Source: Candidatus Spongiisociaceae bacterium (GTDB lineage Bacteria; Actinomycetota; Acidimicrobiia; Spongiisociales; Spongiisociaceae). Taken from it: 64,000 bases of DNA. Each line of letters begins with the position of its first letter. The stretch's first letter is position 1. The position numbers and the translations under genes were made by a program. Below, piece after piece: positions 41,998-52,433 of the stretch. The stretch is from positions 640,001 through 704,000 of the forward strand of contig OZ253564.1 of assembly GCA_965262915.1 (NCBI GenBank), in the 5' to 3' direction. Under the pieces are notes generated by a model that ran no database searches, was not told the origin of the DNA, and was given only the letters and a program-made list of their open reading frames with translations.

Positions 41998-42920
41998 TCA
42001 CGAGAGCGCTGTTCGTAGATCCGCGAGGAAGGAGGCTCTGGGCACCTCCCGGACCACCCCGGCGTTGGGAGGCCGTCCGCCGGAGCCTCCCCAGTCGGTG
42101 CTCTGCACGCCCCGGGCTGGTCCGGCGCCCCGGGTCAGCACCTCGACAAATGCGGGCGATGTCGAGGCTATCGAGGGGTTCAGCGCCACCGCCATGGCGA
42201 TCGGGTCGGGCAGGTCGAGGCCGGCCAGACCGGTATTGCGGGCGTAGGCATCCACTACTGCCTGGCAGTCCACCGCCACCTCCGCGTACGGGGTGCCGAT
42301 GGACCGCAGGTCGGCCGCCTCCTCAGGGGAGAACGTGGCCGACGCGACCGAGATGTCCCACCCGACGATGGTCTTGGGCATCGGCGCCCGCACCACGATG
42401 GCGGCCGCTTCGGGATCCGCCCAGAAGTTGTCTCGGCCAGCGGGGTCACGTTGCCGTGTCCCGCCCCGGTACCGCCCATGATGTAGCAATGGCCGACCGC
42501 CCCGGCCAGCTCCGGCGCCCGGGTGAGAGCCAAGGCCACGTTGGTGAGCGGTCCTAGCGTCACCAGGTCGATCTCTCCGGGCCGGGCCAGGAAGGTGTCG
42601 ATGAGCACGTCCACCGCGTGCCCGCCGGCCGGGGTGCGGCCCCGGACCGGCAGCCCGATGTCGCCCATCCCGTCGTGGCCGTGGACGTCCTGGGCGGTGG
42701 TCAGGTCCTGGACCAGCGGCCCGGCTTCTCCGGCGTGGACCGGCACCGCTTTCCCGGACAGCTCAACGACGTAGAGAGCGTTCTGGACGGCCTGGTCGAT
42801 GCCCACGTTGCCTGCGACCACCGTGATGGCGGCCACCTCGATGTCGGGGTGGCGCAGCGCCATCATCAGGGCCACGGCGTCGTCGGAGGCGGTGTCGGTG
42901 TCGATGACGAGGCTGTGCAT
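41998..42920 (-). CDS. Nucleoside hydrolase (IU-NH family), frameshift near 42440
   Basis: IDTDTASDDAVAL, VHGHDGMGD, TLGPLTNVA, NFWADPEAA, LPDPIAMA. Confidence 0.88.
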
Positions 42921-42928
42921 CGGATGGT

Positions 42929-44122
42929 TCAGAGGCCGGAGGCGCTCTCGTTGAGACGCCGGGCCAGTGCGGGGATGTCCCCGTCCTCGAGGTTGGCGAA
43001 GGCCAGCCGCAGGTAGCGGTCCTGGTCGGCCCCGAACATCTCCCCGGCCAGCGCCAGCACCGCGTGCTCGTCGAACAGCCGGCGGGCCACCCGGAGGCCG
43101 GGCACTCCCTCGAACGGGTGGCGCACGTAGGCGAAGTAGGCCCCCGCTGATACCACCTCGTAGGAGCTGCCCTGCATCGACTCGCCGAACTGCTGTACCC
43201 GGCGGTTCATGGTCGTCCGGTTGGCGGCCACCCAGCCGTCGAGGTGCCCGAGCCCGTACAGGGCGGCCTCCTGCCCTATCCGGCTGGGGCAGATGGTGAG
43301 GCAGTCGGCCACCTTGTCCACCTCGAGGAGCAGCTCTGGGGAGGCGGCCATGGCCCCCACCCGGTAGCCGGGGATGGAGTAGACCTTGGAGAAGCTCTGG
43401 ATCTGGATCACCGACCGGTCCCAGCGGGGATCCCGGAACAGGTCGTGGGCCGGGGCGGTGGTGTCCCGGAAGTCACGGTAGGTCTCGTCGACGATCAGGT
43501 GGATGCCTGCCTCGGCGGCCAGCCGGGCGAAGGCCGAGATGAGCTCCGGGGGATACACCCGGCCGGTCGGGTTGTTGGGGGTCACCAGCACGATCGCCCT
43601 GGTGCGAGCGTCCAGCAACGCCGCGGCGTCCTCCACCGACGGGAGCATCCCCGCCGAACACTCCAGGTAGGCGGCCTGTATCCCGAACATGGAGAGCCAC
43701 ATGTCGTAGTTGAAGTAGTAGGGGACCGGCATGATGACCTCGTCGCCCGGTTCGCACAGCACCGACACCGCGAGGCAGAAGGCCTGGTTGGCGCCCGCGG
43801 TGACCGCCACTTGCTCGTGGCGTATTTCGGCCCGGTAGGCGGCCGAGAGCTCGGCGGCCAGGGCCGACCGGAGGGGCATCTCGCCCAGCACCGGCCCGTA
43901 GCGGGACACGGTGGCCTGGTCCAGGCGCGACACATGGTCGATCAGACCCCGCTCCGGGGGGTAGCCGGGAGCGGCCTGGGCCACGTCCACCAGCGGCAGG
44001 TCCTGACGCCGTCGCCCGGCCGCCACCCAGGAACGCACCTCGCTGATCGGCGAACTGACCGTTGCCAGGATCCGGTGGTTGAACCTCGGAGACACCCCGC
44101 CCATCCGTGAACCCCCGTCCAT
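42929..44122 (-). CDS. Class I/II PLP-dependent aminotransferase
   Basis: VTPNNPTG, IVDETY, SFSKVYSIPGYRVG. Confidence 0.93.
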   Translation of the reverse strand: MDGGSRMGGVSPRFNHRILATVSSPISEVRSWVAAGRRRQDLPLVDVAQAAPGYPPERGLIDHVSRLDQATVSRYGPVLGEMPLRSALAAELSAAYRAEIRHEQVAVTAGANQAFCLAVSVLCEPGDEVIMPVPYYFNYDMWLSMFGIQAAYLECSAGMLPSVEDAAALLDARTRAIVLVTPNNPTGRVYPPELISAFARLAAEAGIHLIVDETYRDFRDTTAPAHDLFRDPRWDRSVIQIQSFSKVYSIPGYRVGAMAASPELLLEVDKVADCLTICPSRIGQEAALYGLGHLDGWVAANRTTMNRRVQQFGESMQGSSYEVVSAGAYFAYVRHPFEGVPGLRVARRLFDEHAVLALAGEMFGADQDRYLRLAFANLEDGDIPALARRLNESASGL

Positions 44123-44331
44123 TGTGAGATCCCCCCTGTTCAGATCCCCACCAGCAGGAACTATATAGGCAATCGACGGCCTGCTGCCCGGCTCAGGCCT
44201 TCACAGGGTTCCGAGGTCCGGGTTCCGGCGGCCCTCGGAGCGATCAACTGGTTCGGTCCCTGGGTCTCGGTGTATTACTTAACAGCATCAGAATCGCCTG
44301 CCGCCGCCGCCGGCGGGGTTTTGGCTGATGA

Positions 44332-44560
44332 GGCGCCAAGTCTGGCGGAAAGTTCAGATGCTCACCCGTCATCGGAAGCTGCGAACAGGGGTAGCACCGG
44401 TTGTGGCGGCGCTCTGGCTATCGATACTCAACGAGCTGTTCGCCGCACCGACCGTATAGCCGGGGCGTGGCCGGACGCACAAGGCGTCGCGCACGCCACA
44501 CGGGGTGTACCCCCAGGCGTTGTAGGTGGCGCCGAGGTCCAAGCCCAACAGTTCCCCTAA
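44332..44560 (+). pseudogene. Duplicate of the hsdS 3' end and downstream DNA
   Basis: Aligns with about 31517-31745 (GCGCCAAGTCTGGCGGAAAGTTCAGAT..TGGCTATCGATACTCAACGAGCT). Confidence 0.85.
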
Positions 44561-44561
44561 G

Positions 44562-46341
44562 CCTGAATCCACCGACGGCCTCCCCGGGGGGTGGTCCGGG
44601 TGCGGTTGGTGGGGGGTTGAGGGGTTGGAGCTGGTTGGTGTCGGGAACTTTTGGGGGTGTGGTGCGTGTGGTTTGGTGGGTTAGATCATGTTGGAGGCTG
44701 GTTGGGGTTGTTTCTGGCGTGTGTGGCTGGGGTTTGGGTGGTTGGTTATGGTTGTGGGGGGTGTGTGGGGCCGGGTTAGCAGAGTTGGGGCAGCGCCCGG
44801 AGGTTAGTGAGGGTGGTTAGGTAGGTGCCGGCCCAGGGCCATCGGGCGGGTAGACGCACGAGGCGGCGTCCGCTGTGGTTGACGACCCGTCCAGGGAGCC
44901 CGAACAGTCGGGTACGGATTGTGCGTCCACAGACCAACCGCCCAGCCCGATGCGTTCCGCCGAGGAGGCCTATATGGCGGTAGAGGTTATGGGCCAGAGC
45001 GGCGCACAGCAGCCAGGCGGCGTTAGCTGCGAAGACGCCGGAGGGTAGGTGGGCGAGACCCCCGGAGTCTTTGAGGTCGCGGATGGCGAGTTCGCATGTG
45101 GCGTGGCGGCGGTGGTACCGGTCGGCTTCGACCACGGCCGTCCCGTTGTTGTCCTTCCGCGGGTTGTCACCGATCTCTGTAGCTGGCAGTTCGGCCACTT
45201 CGGTGTCTTGTCCGGCCCGGGGTTGGTGGTGCTGGTCGGCTTCTGCCGTGGCTAGGTCCAGGTTGGTGACGAAGGTGTGGTGACGCCAGTCGGGGAACAA
45301 CTCGGCTTGGGAACCGAGCAGGCGGGTGCGGCGCACCACGAGACGAACCCTGCGTTTCTGCGACCGTTTCCGGGGGTTGGTCATCTCCAGGACGGTTTCC
45401 GCGACCTGTGCCTGGCCGCCTTCGGGATAGGCGATGGGGACCCACGCGTCTTTGTCGATATTGTTGATCAGTGTCCTGACCTTGTCGTTCACCTGGCAGG
45501 TGATCGACCAGCCCACCCCGAGTTTGTCGAGGGCGGCCAACATGGCATAGGACCAGAACCCTGAATCGGCCCGCACGCTCACCGGGCCCCTGGCCCCGGC
45601 CCGTCGCACACGCCGGATCGTCTCCCCGACGAAATGGACCACACCCCTCTGCGATGCTCCTGCACGCAGACGGGCACCGACCACCTCCCCCGTATCGGCT
45701 CGGAACGCCAACAGAGGGTGATAACCCAACTCTTTGGTGTAGCCGTAAGCGGCCCCTTGTTTGGTCTTGCCCGACACCGCACAGATCGTCGAGTCCACAT
45801 CAACGGTCACCGCACCATTGGAGGGACCGGCACCCGCCCGCCACGCCCGGCCCAGCGCCGAGGTCAACACCTTCTCCAACTGGCGTACATGACCCCAGGT
45901 GAACGAACGCAGGAAGGTTCCCACCGTGGACGGGGCCATCACCGCATGGGGCAACACCCGGTCGGTGGAACCCGCCCGGAGCCGACCCACATGGTCAATA
46001 TGGGAGCCGCCCACCAGCATCGCAGCTACCACCGTGCACACCTTACGACCCGGATTCGCTCCACCCACCCGGCCACCCAGGCACACCGTCCGATCCACCA
46101 AATCTTCCAAACCCAGCCGGTCCATCAACGTCCCGGCTACCAGCAGCCCCGCGTCGGCCACCAACCCCTCATCGTCGAAAACCACCTCATACCGGTCGAT
46201 ATTCTGCAATACTTCACTCACAGGAAGTGCCTCCTGACTCCGGGCCAATAACCTTGTTTCGTATCGCTATTGTCCCAGATCAGAGGCACTTTCCGCGTCT
46301 ATCCACCCCCAACCACAGGATATCTACCAGGTGGATTCAGG
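44562..46341 (-). mobile_element. Complete IS1380-family element
   Basis: IRs CCTGAATCCACC / GGTGGATTCAGG; CTAAG duplicated on both sides. Confidence 0.93.
44776..46248 (-). CDS. IS1380 transposase
   Basis: VDVDST, GYHPLLAF, VRADSGF, CELAIRDLK..LPSGVFAANAAW. Confidence 0.93.
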   Translation of the reverse strand: MARSQEALPVSEVLQNIDRYEVVFDDEGLVADAGLLVAGTLMDRLGLEDLVDRTVCLGGRVGGANPGRKVCTVVAAMLVGGSHIDHVGRLRAGSTDRVLPHAVMAPSTVGTFLRSFTWGHVRQLEKVLTSALGRAWRAGAGPSNGAVTVDVDSTICAVSGKTKQGAAYGYTKELGYHPLLAFRADTGEVVGARLRAGASQRGVVHFVGETIRRVRRAGARGPVSVRADSGFWSYAMLAALDKLGVGWSITCQVNDKVRTLINNIDKDAWVPIAYPEGGQAQVAETVLEMTNPRKRSQKRRVRLVVRRTRLLGSQAELFPDWRHHTFVTNLDLATAEADQHHQPRAGQDTEVAELPATEIGDNPRKDNNGTAVVEADRYHRRHATCELAIRDLKDSGGLAHLPSGVFAANAAWLLCAALAHNLYRHIGLLGGTHRAGRLVCGRTIRTRLFGLPGRVVNHSGRRLVRLPARWPWAGTYLTTLTNLRALPQLC

Positions 46342-46739
46342 CTAAGTGGGGTCTTCGCGACCACCCCTGACCAGGGGTAATGGTAGGGGTCCCACGAGCC
46401 TGTCACCTCCTCAACCGGAATCTGTCACCTTGTATCACCAACTGCGAATCGAACGGCTTAGCCGGGCGTGGCCCTCGTCGCTCACTTGGATTCCCCCACC
46501 CGCCGGACACCAACTCGGTCGTCTCCAGCCGACATCCAGGCTCGTAACAGATTAGGGACCATGTGGAACCGGTCCAGGACATGGCGGGTGTCGGGCAGAT
46601 ACTGCGCGATAGCGGCCTGATAGGAACGTGACCCGTCCGACACGACTATCTCCACCCGCTGGCACCAGCGTTGCCCGTGTTCGCGTAAGAACCTGCTCAG
46701 AGACGTGTTGGTGGGGCCTGGGCACTATCCTCACATGCC

Positions 46740-47138
46740 ATGCCTGTGAAAGTTGTCGGTGTAGGAACGTTGGACGGCTACCGCATCTGGGTCCGCTTCG
46801 ACGACGGAACATCCGGCGACATCGACCTAGCGCATCTGGCTGAAATGCCCATGCACAAACCGTGGCATGACCCAGCCGTGTTCGCGACGGTCCGGGTCGG
46901 CCCATACGGGCACTCTGTGATCTGGTACACGCCGCCGGTCGATGTTGATCTGGTCGCCCACTGGCTGTACACCGAAATAACAGGCGTGACGATGCCGGAG
47001 TTGATGGAACGGCAGGGCATCAAACCGCCGGGTCGTTTCACGCACTGGCAGATCAAACAGTGGGAAAGGTGGTGGCGTCTCCTACGGCACCTACGCCGTG
47101 GAAGACGCCAGCCACGCTCAGCAGGTGACCATGGTTGA
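46740..47138 (+). CDS. DUF2442-family protein (putative antitoxin)
   Basis: VVGVGTLDGYRIWVRFDDGTSGDIDL..F..V..SVIW..DL..WLY. Confidence 0.8.
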   Translation: MPVKVVGVGTLDGYRIWVRFDDGTSGDIDLAHLAEMPMHKPWHDPAVFATVRVGPYGHSVIWYTPPVDVDLVAHWLYTEITGVTMPELMERQGIKPPGRFTHWQIKQWERWWRLLRHLRRGRRQPRSAGDHG

Positions 47139-47385
47139 GCTAGACCGCTTGCGCGACGGGGACATCCGAATATGTATGTTCGTGGACCACCCCCCGCCGC
47201 ACATACACGCATACCAAGCGGAGCACGAGCTGGAGGTAGACATCAAAACCTTCTCCACCAAAGGGAGAATGCCTAAGACGCGAGCAGCGCGAGTGGTCAG
47301 CTATGTAAGAGAGGATCAGCAGGCTCTTCTAGATGCCTGGGACTCGCTCGCTCGGGGAGTCACCCCATCTCGACTGGACCGCTGA
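47131..47385 (+). CDS. DUF4160-family protein (putative toxin)
   Basis: IRICMFVDHPPPHIHAY..G.MP..LLDAW. Confidence 0.8.
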   Translation: MVELDRLRDGDIRICMFVDHPPPHIHAYQAEHELEVDIKTFSTKGRMPKTRAARVVSYVREDQQALLDAWDSLARGVTPSRLDR

Positions 47386-47742
47386 ACCTGCCACCACCAC
47401 CCCGCAACCACCGCCACACACCAGCCAATTCCACCCCGAACACCCCGAAATAGGCCAGAATCCCCACCAACATCCCTAACCCGCGAACTCAACACCCCAC
47501 AACACGCGAAGACCCCGTTGTGGGATGTTCGCCACCATCCCTGACCTGCGGTGATACGACCATGCCCACGGGGACTTCCACATTAACAGTGGGGGGACTT
47601 CCACATTCGGCAGCCAGCCTCCACCCTCCGCCCGCGGGTCGTTCCCGCGTCCGGTGGTGTAGTCTGCGTGATAGGCGACCCGTCCGGCGAGACTAGTGTG
47701 CCTGTCCCTTCGGTACGCCGATTGGAAGGGAGGAGAGAGCGC

Positions 47743-48123
47743 ATGGTCGCAGCAACTACATCAAACCCCGACGTAGACGTGTACACCGACCGGGACGGCC
47801 GGCGTTACGTAGTCGACGGTCGCCTACCCCCCGGCGACATGAAGTACGTGACCCGTGTCAAGCCCCTCCGGGGGCTTCGCTTATGGGTCGAGTTCCGTGA
47901 CGGAACCAGCGGCGTCGCCGACCTGTCGGAAATATCGGCCGCGTCGCACCTCGCGGCGGCCCTGTGGTCGGACCGGGAATACTTCGAGACGGTTCATGCA
48001 CTCGACGGCGGCGGCGTCTCCTGGGAAGACGAACGCTACGACATGAGCCCTCTCGTGCTTTACATGCTGGTCACCGGCAAACCTTTAGACGAAGTATGCC
48101 CACAGGTCAGATACCTCGACTGA
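47743..48123 (+). CDS. DUF2442-family protein
   Basis: VTRVKPLRGLRLWVEFRDGTSGVADL..YFETV..GVSW..DMSPLVLY; AGGAG upstream. Confidence 0.8.
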   Translation: MVAATTSNPDVDVYTDRDGRRYVVDGRLPPGDMKYVTRVKPLRGLRLWVEFRDGTSGVADLSEISAASHLAAALWSDREYFETVHALDGGGVSWEDERYDMSPLVLYMLVTGKPLDEVCPQVRYLD

Positions 48124-48124
48124 C

Positions 48125-48399
48125 ATGCCCAGGCTGTCCACGTTCTATGGCATCGCCATCTACATGTATTACAGCGAACCCCATCTGCAGCCCCACTTCC
48201 AAGCCGTCCACGCCGGTAAGGAGATAACTGTAAGAGTCGCGGATATGAACCTTCTTGCCGGCGGCGTAGGGGCCATTTCGACACGACTGCATGGAAACGG
48301 GTACAGAAGTGGGGATGGCTACACCAAGCGGAGCTGTTTGACCGTTGGGAGACTAGGAGCCGGGGAGGGGAGCTCCCCCCGATAGCTCCCCTCCGGTAA
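48125..48399 (+). CDS. DUF4160-family protein, frameshifted near 48270-48300
   Basis: MPRLSTFYGIAIYMYYSEPHLQPHF then, in another frame, VQKWGWLHQAELFDRWE..PIAPLR*. Confidence 0.8.
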
Positions 48400-48841
48400 G
48401 AACCGCTCGTGATGCCATTCACCTGCCTCCTGCTCCGGGCCGTTTCACCACAACCACCCCGAACACCGCCACAACCGGCTCTAAGACCCCCGAAACCACC
48501 CAAAACCCCGACCGAACCCCCTAACCCGCGAACTCAACACCCCACAACACGCGAAGACCCCCTGGTGGGGTCTTCGCGACCACCCCTGACCAGGACCTTA
48601 GCCAACAGCCAGGGGAGGACGTCACCTGCAGGGACACGACTACGTCACCTCACCTCAGTGGCTGAGAAGGCGGCGAGGCTAGCCCGGTACGGCTAGTTTG
48701 CTGATCGTCAGCGGCGCCAGTTGGCATCAATTGCCAGATGGGCATGGAGCGGCGGCGGAAGCGTCACGGCTGCCGCTGAGCAAGGGAGTTAGAAGTGATC
48801 GAAGTAGGTGACCCGAGGTCAGATGGCGACCTTCCTGCACC

Positions 48842-49114
48842 GTGCGGGCGTTCAGTGACATGAAGGAGCATTATCACTGTGTCCACACCTTCGGCAAGGA
48901 CAAGGTTGTCGGTGCACGTTGCTGGAGCAAGCATGGCCGTCCCGACCTAGCCCTGCGGCATCGCCGCAACAAGGAGGAGTTTCGTGAGATGTTGGTCAGG
49001 TGGGGGACCGTGCGATGCGAAGGCAATTGCTCTGACTTCACGCGGTGGAAGGAGATACCGGCGTGGAGGGTCATATGGCTGGAAGCTCCTCGTCCAGTGG
49101 ACGGTGGGCAATGA
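48842..49114 (+). CDS. Hypothetical protein
   Basis: 90-aa ORF inside cassette 3; no recognised motif. Confidence 0.3.
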   Translation: MRAFSDMKEHYHCVHTFGKDKVVGARCWSKHGRPDLALRHRRNKEEFREMLVRWGTVRCEGNCSDFTRWKEIPAWRVIWLEAPRPVDGGQ

Positions 49115-49262
49115 AGCGGCTACTCGCCACGGCCGGAGTGGTGTGAGTGCTGGTGGGTTCTGCTCCCCCGGTAGGGGGCGGGCGGCCCTAGAGCGATCCG
49201 TTAGACAGACTGTTGACGTGTCAGTCCCGCTACTGAGGGAACGTGGGAACAGCGTGGTTGCC

Positions 49263-50614
49263 GAGGCTGCGCGAAAACGTGGGTTTTGGCTGTGCTGGCG
49301 CTCGGTGTGGGGTCATGTTACGAGGATTCCTCGGGCGGCGTAATTGTCGTAGTTGGTGAACCCGTGGGCGACGCGTCGTAGGACTTGTAGGAGGTTGTTG
49401 ATCCCTTCGATGGGTCCGTTGGATACCCGTCGTCGGGTGGTGTGGTAGGCCAAGATCTGTTCTCCCCATGCGATGATGGTGTCCACAACTTGGTGGTATT
49501 CGGGTATCTGTCCGGTGGCGTAGAGATCGGCGAACCGTCCTAGGGCCTGGTTGGCCCCGTCGAGGTCTTCGGCTTCGTAGAGCTGGTAGAGCTCTTGGAG
49601 CGCGTCCCACGCGGTTCGGAGACGGGGATGGGCGTCGAAGATCCGGTCGAGATGGCTCTGGTGGGCGTCTGTGAGATGATCGGCCCGCCGCAGCAGGGTG
49701 AAGCGGGCTCGGAACAGGTCAGGTTCGAACGTTGGGGGACGCTGATCGGGGTCGCGGCGCTGGAGCTCTCTTCGCACGAGGGTGAGGCCTTGGGTGAACC
49801 AGCGGGCGACGTGAAAGCGGTCCAACACATGGCGGGCACCGGGAAGGTATTGCGCGATGGCAGCTTGGTATGAGCGGGACCCATCGCTGACAACTATCTC
49901 CACCTGCCGGCACCACCAGACCCCTTGATCCCTGAAGAACCTGGACAGGGACCCTTTCGTGCGGCCTGGGATCATCGCTAAGATCTTGCCGCTCTCACCG
50001 CAGACGATCACGGTCACATACCGATGCCGGCGCCGTATCGACGTTTCGTCGACCAACAGCACACGACACGGACGGGCCCGGCGACGCTTCGCCACCACAG
50101 CCGCCTCCGCTCTCACCAGGCCCATGATCCGATGCCACCCCACTCCGTGGTGACGGGACGCTGCCCGAATCGACATCACCCTCGCATCTGCCACTAGGCG
50201 GCGGGCGAACCGGCGGGTAAGCCCACCGGCGAACTGGTCGTGGTCCTGGAGGTGGCGCTCCCCGCAGTTCGAACATTCGAATCGGCGACGCCTCCACACC
50301 AGCGTTGCACGGCGGCCGCTCACCCCAAGATCACGAACCCTCTTCGGTCTCCTGTCCCACACCCGAAAGCAGCGGAACCCGCAATGGCGGCACCTCGACC
50401 ACTCCCGGGTTGATTCCACCTCCACCTCGAGGCGGTCAACAGAATCGACCCCCACCCCCCTCACGCGAACACCCCACAGGTGCAAACGAACAGACATAAC
50501 ATCAGACATCGAGGCCTCCCTGGACCGGCGAGCTAGTACTTCACCGATTCCAGCGAGGCCTCACCCCCATTCCAAGGATTTCACCCCACCCAACCCACGT
50601 TTCCGCGCAGGGCC
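49263..50614 (-). mobile_element. Complete ISL3-family element (second type)
   Basis: 23-bp imperfect IRs (..CTGCGCG(A/G)AAACGTGGGTT); 8-bp TSD TGGTTGCC. Confidence 0.93.
49313..50509 (-). CDS. ISL3 transposase
   Basis: CRHCG..CSNC, LVDETS, LDRFHV, SNGPIEGINN..AHGFTN. Confidence 0.93.
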   Translation of the reverse strand: MSDVMSVRLHLWGVRVRGVGVDSVDRLEVEVESTREWSRCRHCGFRCFRVWDRRPKRVRDLGVSGRRATLVWRRRRFECSNCGERHLQDHDQFAGGLTRRFARRLVADARVMSIRAASRHHGVGWHRIMGLVRAEAAVVAKRRRARPCRVLLVDETSIRRRHRYVTVIVCGESGKILAMIPGRTKGSLSRFFRDQGVWWCRQVEIVVSDGSRSYQAAIAQYLPGARHVLDRFHVARWFTQGLTLVRRELQRRDPDQRPPTFEPDLFRARFTLLRRADHLTDAHQSHLDRIFDAHPRLRTAWDALQELYQLYEAEDLDGANQALGRFADLYATGQIPEYHQVVDTIIAWGEQILAYHTTRRRVSNGPIEGINNLLQVLRRVAHGFTNYDNYAARGILVT

Positions 50615-50657
50615 TGGTTGCCTCTACCCTGATCACAGAGCCTTGGAATCGTCGTGC

Positions 50658-52088
50658 ATGAGTAGTACTAGTGATTCCACAAAGCTCGGCACGTTGCTAC
50701 GTGAATGGACTGATTCGGAGTTCTGTGGCGATCTGGACCGTGTATTGAGCTCGATTCCTCGCTTGCTGAATCTGCCGAGCTATAACTTCCGTCATGGCTT
50801 GTGCCCAGCCCTGCAGTCCTTGGATAGTCGTATAGCGGGGATCGGTTTGCACAATCTGGAGTGGCACGGCGGAATCCCTCGCATGCCGCTCGCGCCATCG
50901 TTCGAATCGATCAGTAGGCCCCTTGAGCATGTGGCATACAGTCTCAGCGTATCTGACTCACCGCGGCGGCTGATGTCATATCAGGTGGCAGCAGGCGCAG
51001 GAAGCCATCTTGAGCAATGTGTGAAGAGGGTCCCAGAGGCGCCTCAGCGAACGCCGTTAGGGGGACTCGTACAGCCGAGCCAAGGTCGAGTCATCAGCAT
51101 CCTTGGGGAGAGGCTCAGCCGTTCTATCCGTGAGTACGCCCGTTTCGCCAACATGCCAAAGCACGTATTGGCGGATGGACACAACGAGGAATCACCGATC
51201 AGCTTCATCGTGGCCGTCAGGTCGTACTTTGTGTCTCGTGCCCTCGGTGCCCGTGTTCTGGAGAAACTCGGAATCCTCGATGACCTCGCAGCTCAGACCC
51301 AGGACGCGGCCCGGTTTGGCCGATTTGACACGGATAGCGACACAGCGGATCCCGTAACTTACCTGCGGGATACGGGTCCGGCCGAAGCAGTAACTGTCCG
51401 ACCTATCGACGTTCGCGCCCTCCCCGACTTCGGAGACTGGTTGGAGAACCTTCGGTCACCCACACGAATAGCGGTTTTCGCAGCGATACAGCGACTGGCC
51501 GACGCCTACGGCGACGAGTTGGCTGGCCCACATGTTGTGCCTTGAGGAAGAAGGGCGTTTCTCTTGAGGCCCGAAACGCCAGCCCATACGTTATCAGTCG
51601 TATTCTCCCAGCTATGGGGGGACCAGGCGGTCCTCCTGTTCGGCGTGAACGACTGGGACATGGAGAAGCGACCCCTGAAACATATGCGCATGGCTATGAG
51701 GCGACGCCGTCAGGCAGCACGCTCAAGGGGAAGGACGGTCACGTTGTCCGACCTGATCGGCCATCTCAACAAGGAGACGCAGATCGAGTTCGATGCGGCT
51801 ACGGCCTACGCAGCAGCAGTCTCTATCGGATACCAAGAGCGGCAGATAAGCCAGGCACGGAGGCTGATACAGGTTGACTTGGACTTCATAGACAAGATGC
51901 CGACGAACGTAACCGACTCAACGCCAGACGATGACAACCCGGCCTACTACCACAGAAGAGCCTTGGCCTCGCTCAGGCTAGGCCCCGACATGCTGGCAAA
52001 CCTCCCGTACGAAGAACGCGTCCCCTTGGTACCGGTGCACCAGCGTGTACCTCCAAAGGCATGGGAGACGTGGCTGCAACGCGACTGA
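50658..52088 (+). pseudogene. Unknown protein fused to a RelE/Gp49-like toxin domain, frameshifted at 51540-51620
   Basis: FGDWLENL..AAIQRL..GDELAGPHVVP, then EAR..SRIL and AVLLFG in successive frames. Confidence 0.5.
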
Positions 52089-52433
52089 ATTAGGCGCTCG
52101 GACCAGATACGCAAAGTGATAATCGGGCAGCCTCACCAACCCAACGCCCGGGCCAGTCCACACCCACCCAGAACCGCCCCCTAGACCATCATCGGCGACC
52201 CACCACGCTGAACACACCCGAACACCCCTGAAACAGGCCAAAGATCCCGCCAACACCCCTAACCCGCGAACTCAACACCCCACAACACGCGAAGACCCCT
52301 AAGTAGGGGCTGGAGCCCATAGGGGTCTTGGCGACCGGCATCGTCCTGGCAGTCCTGACCTAACCCGTACTAGCGGCGAACGGTGGTCACGCGTCGGCAG
52401 GGTCGCTGGCCGTGTCGCCGTCCGGATGCAGCG

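Larger units (their letters stand above)
46348..52299 (+). mobile_element. Tandem array of three non-autonomous cassettes (46348-47516, 47522-48561, 48567-52299)
   Basis: Each starts GGGGTCTTCGCGACCACCCCTGACC (degenerate in unit 2) and ends CCCTAACCCGCGAACTCAACACCCCACAACACGCGAAGACCCC; 5-bp spacers; TAAGT on both outer sides. Confidence 0.75.

Noticed and set aside
44123-44330. Thrice-repeated leader of the aminotransferase as a riboswitch or ncRNA
   Set aside because: Repetition is explained by segmental duplication; no recognisable riboswitch motif, and part of the copy at 27200-27300 translates as a TolB/PD40-like remnant on the plus strand.
47475-52299. CCCTAAC..CTCAAC repeats as integron attC sites
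   Set aside because: Resemble only one attC arm; no complementary GTTRRRY arm follows and no tyrosine integrase is in the window. Terminal inverted repeats with 5-bp spacers fit better.
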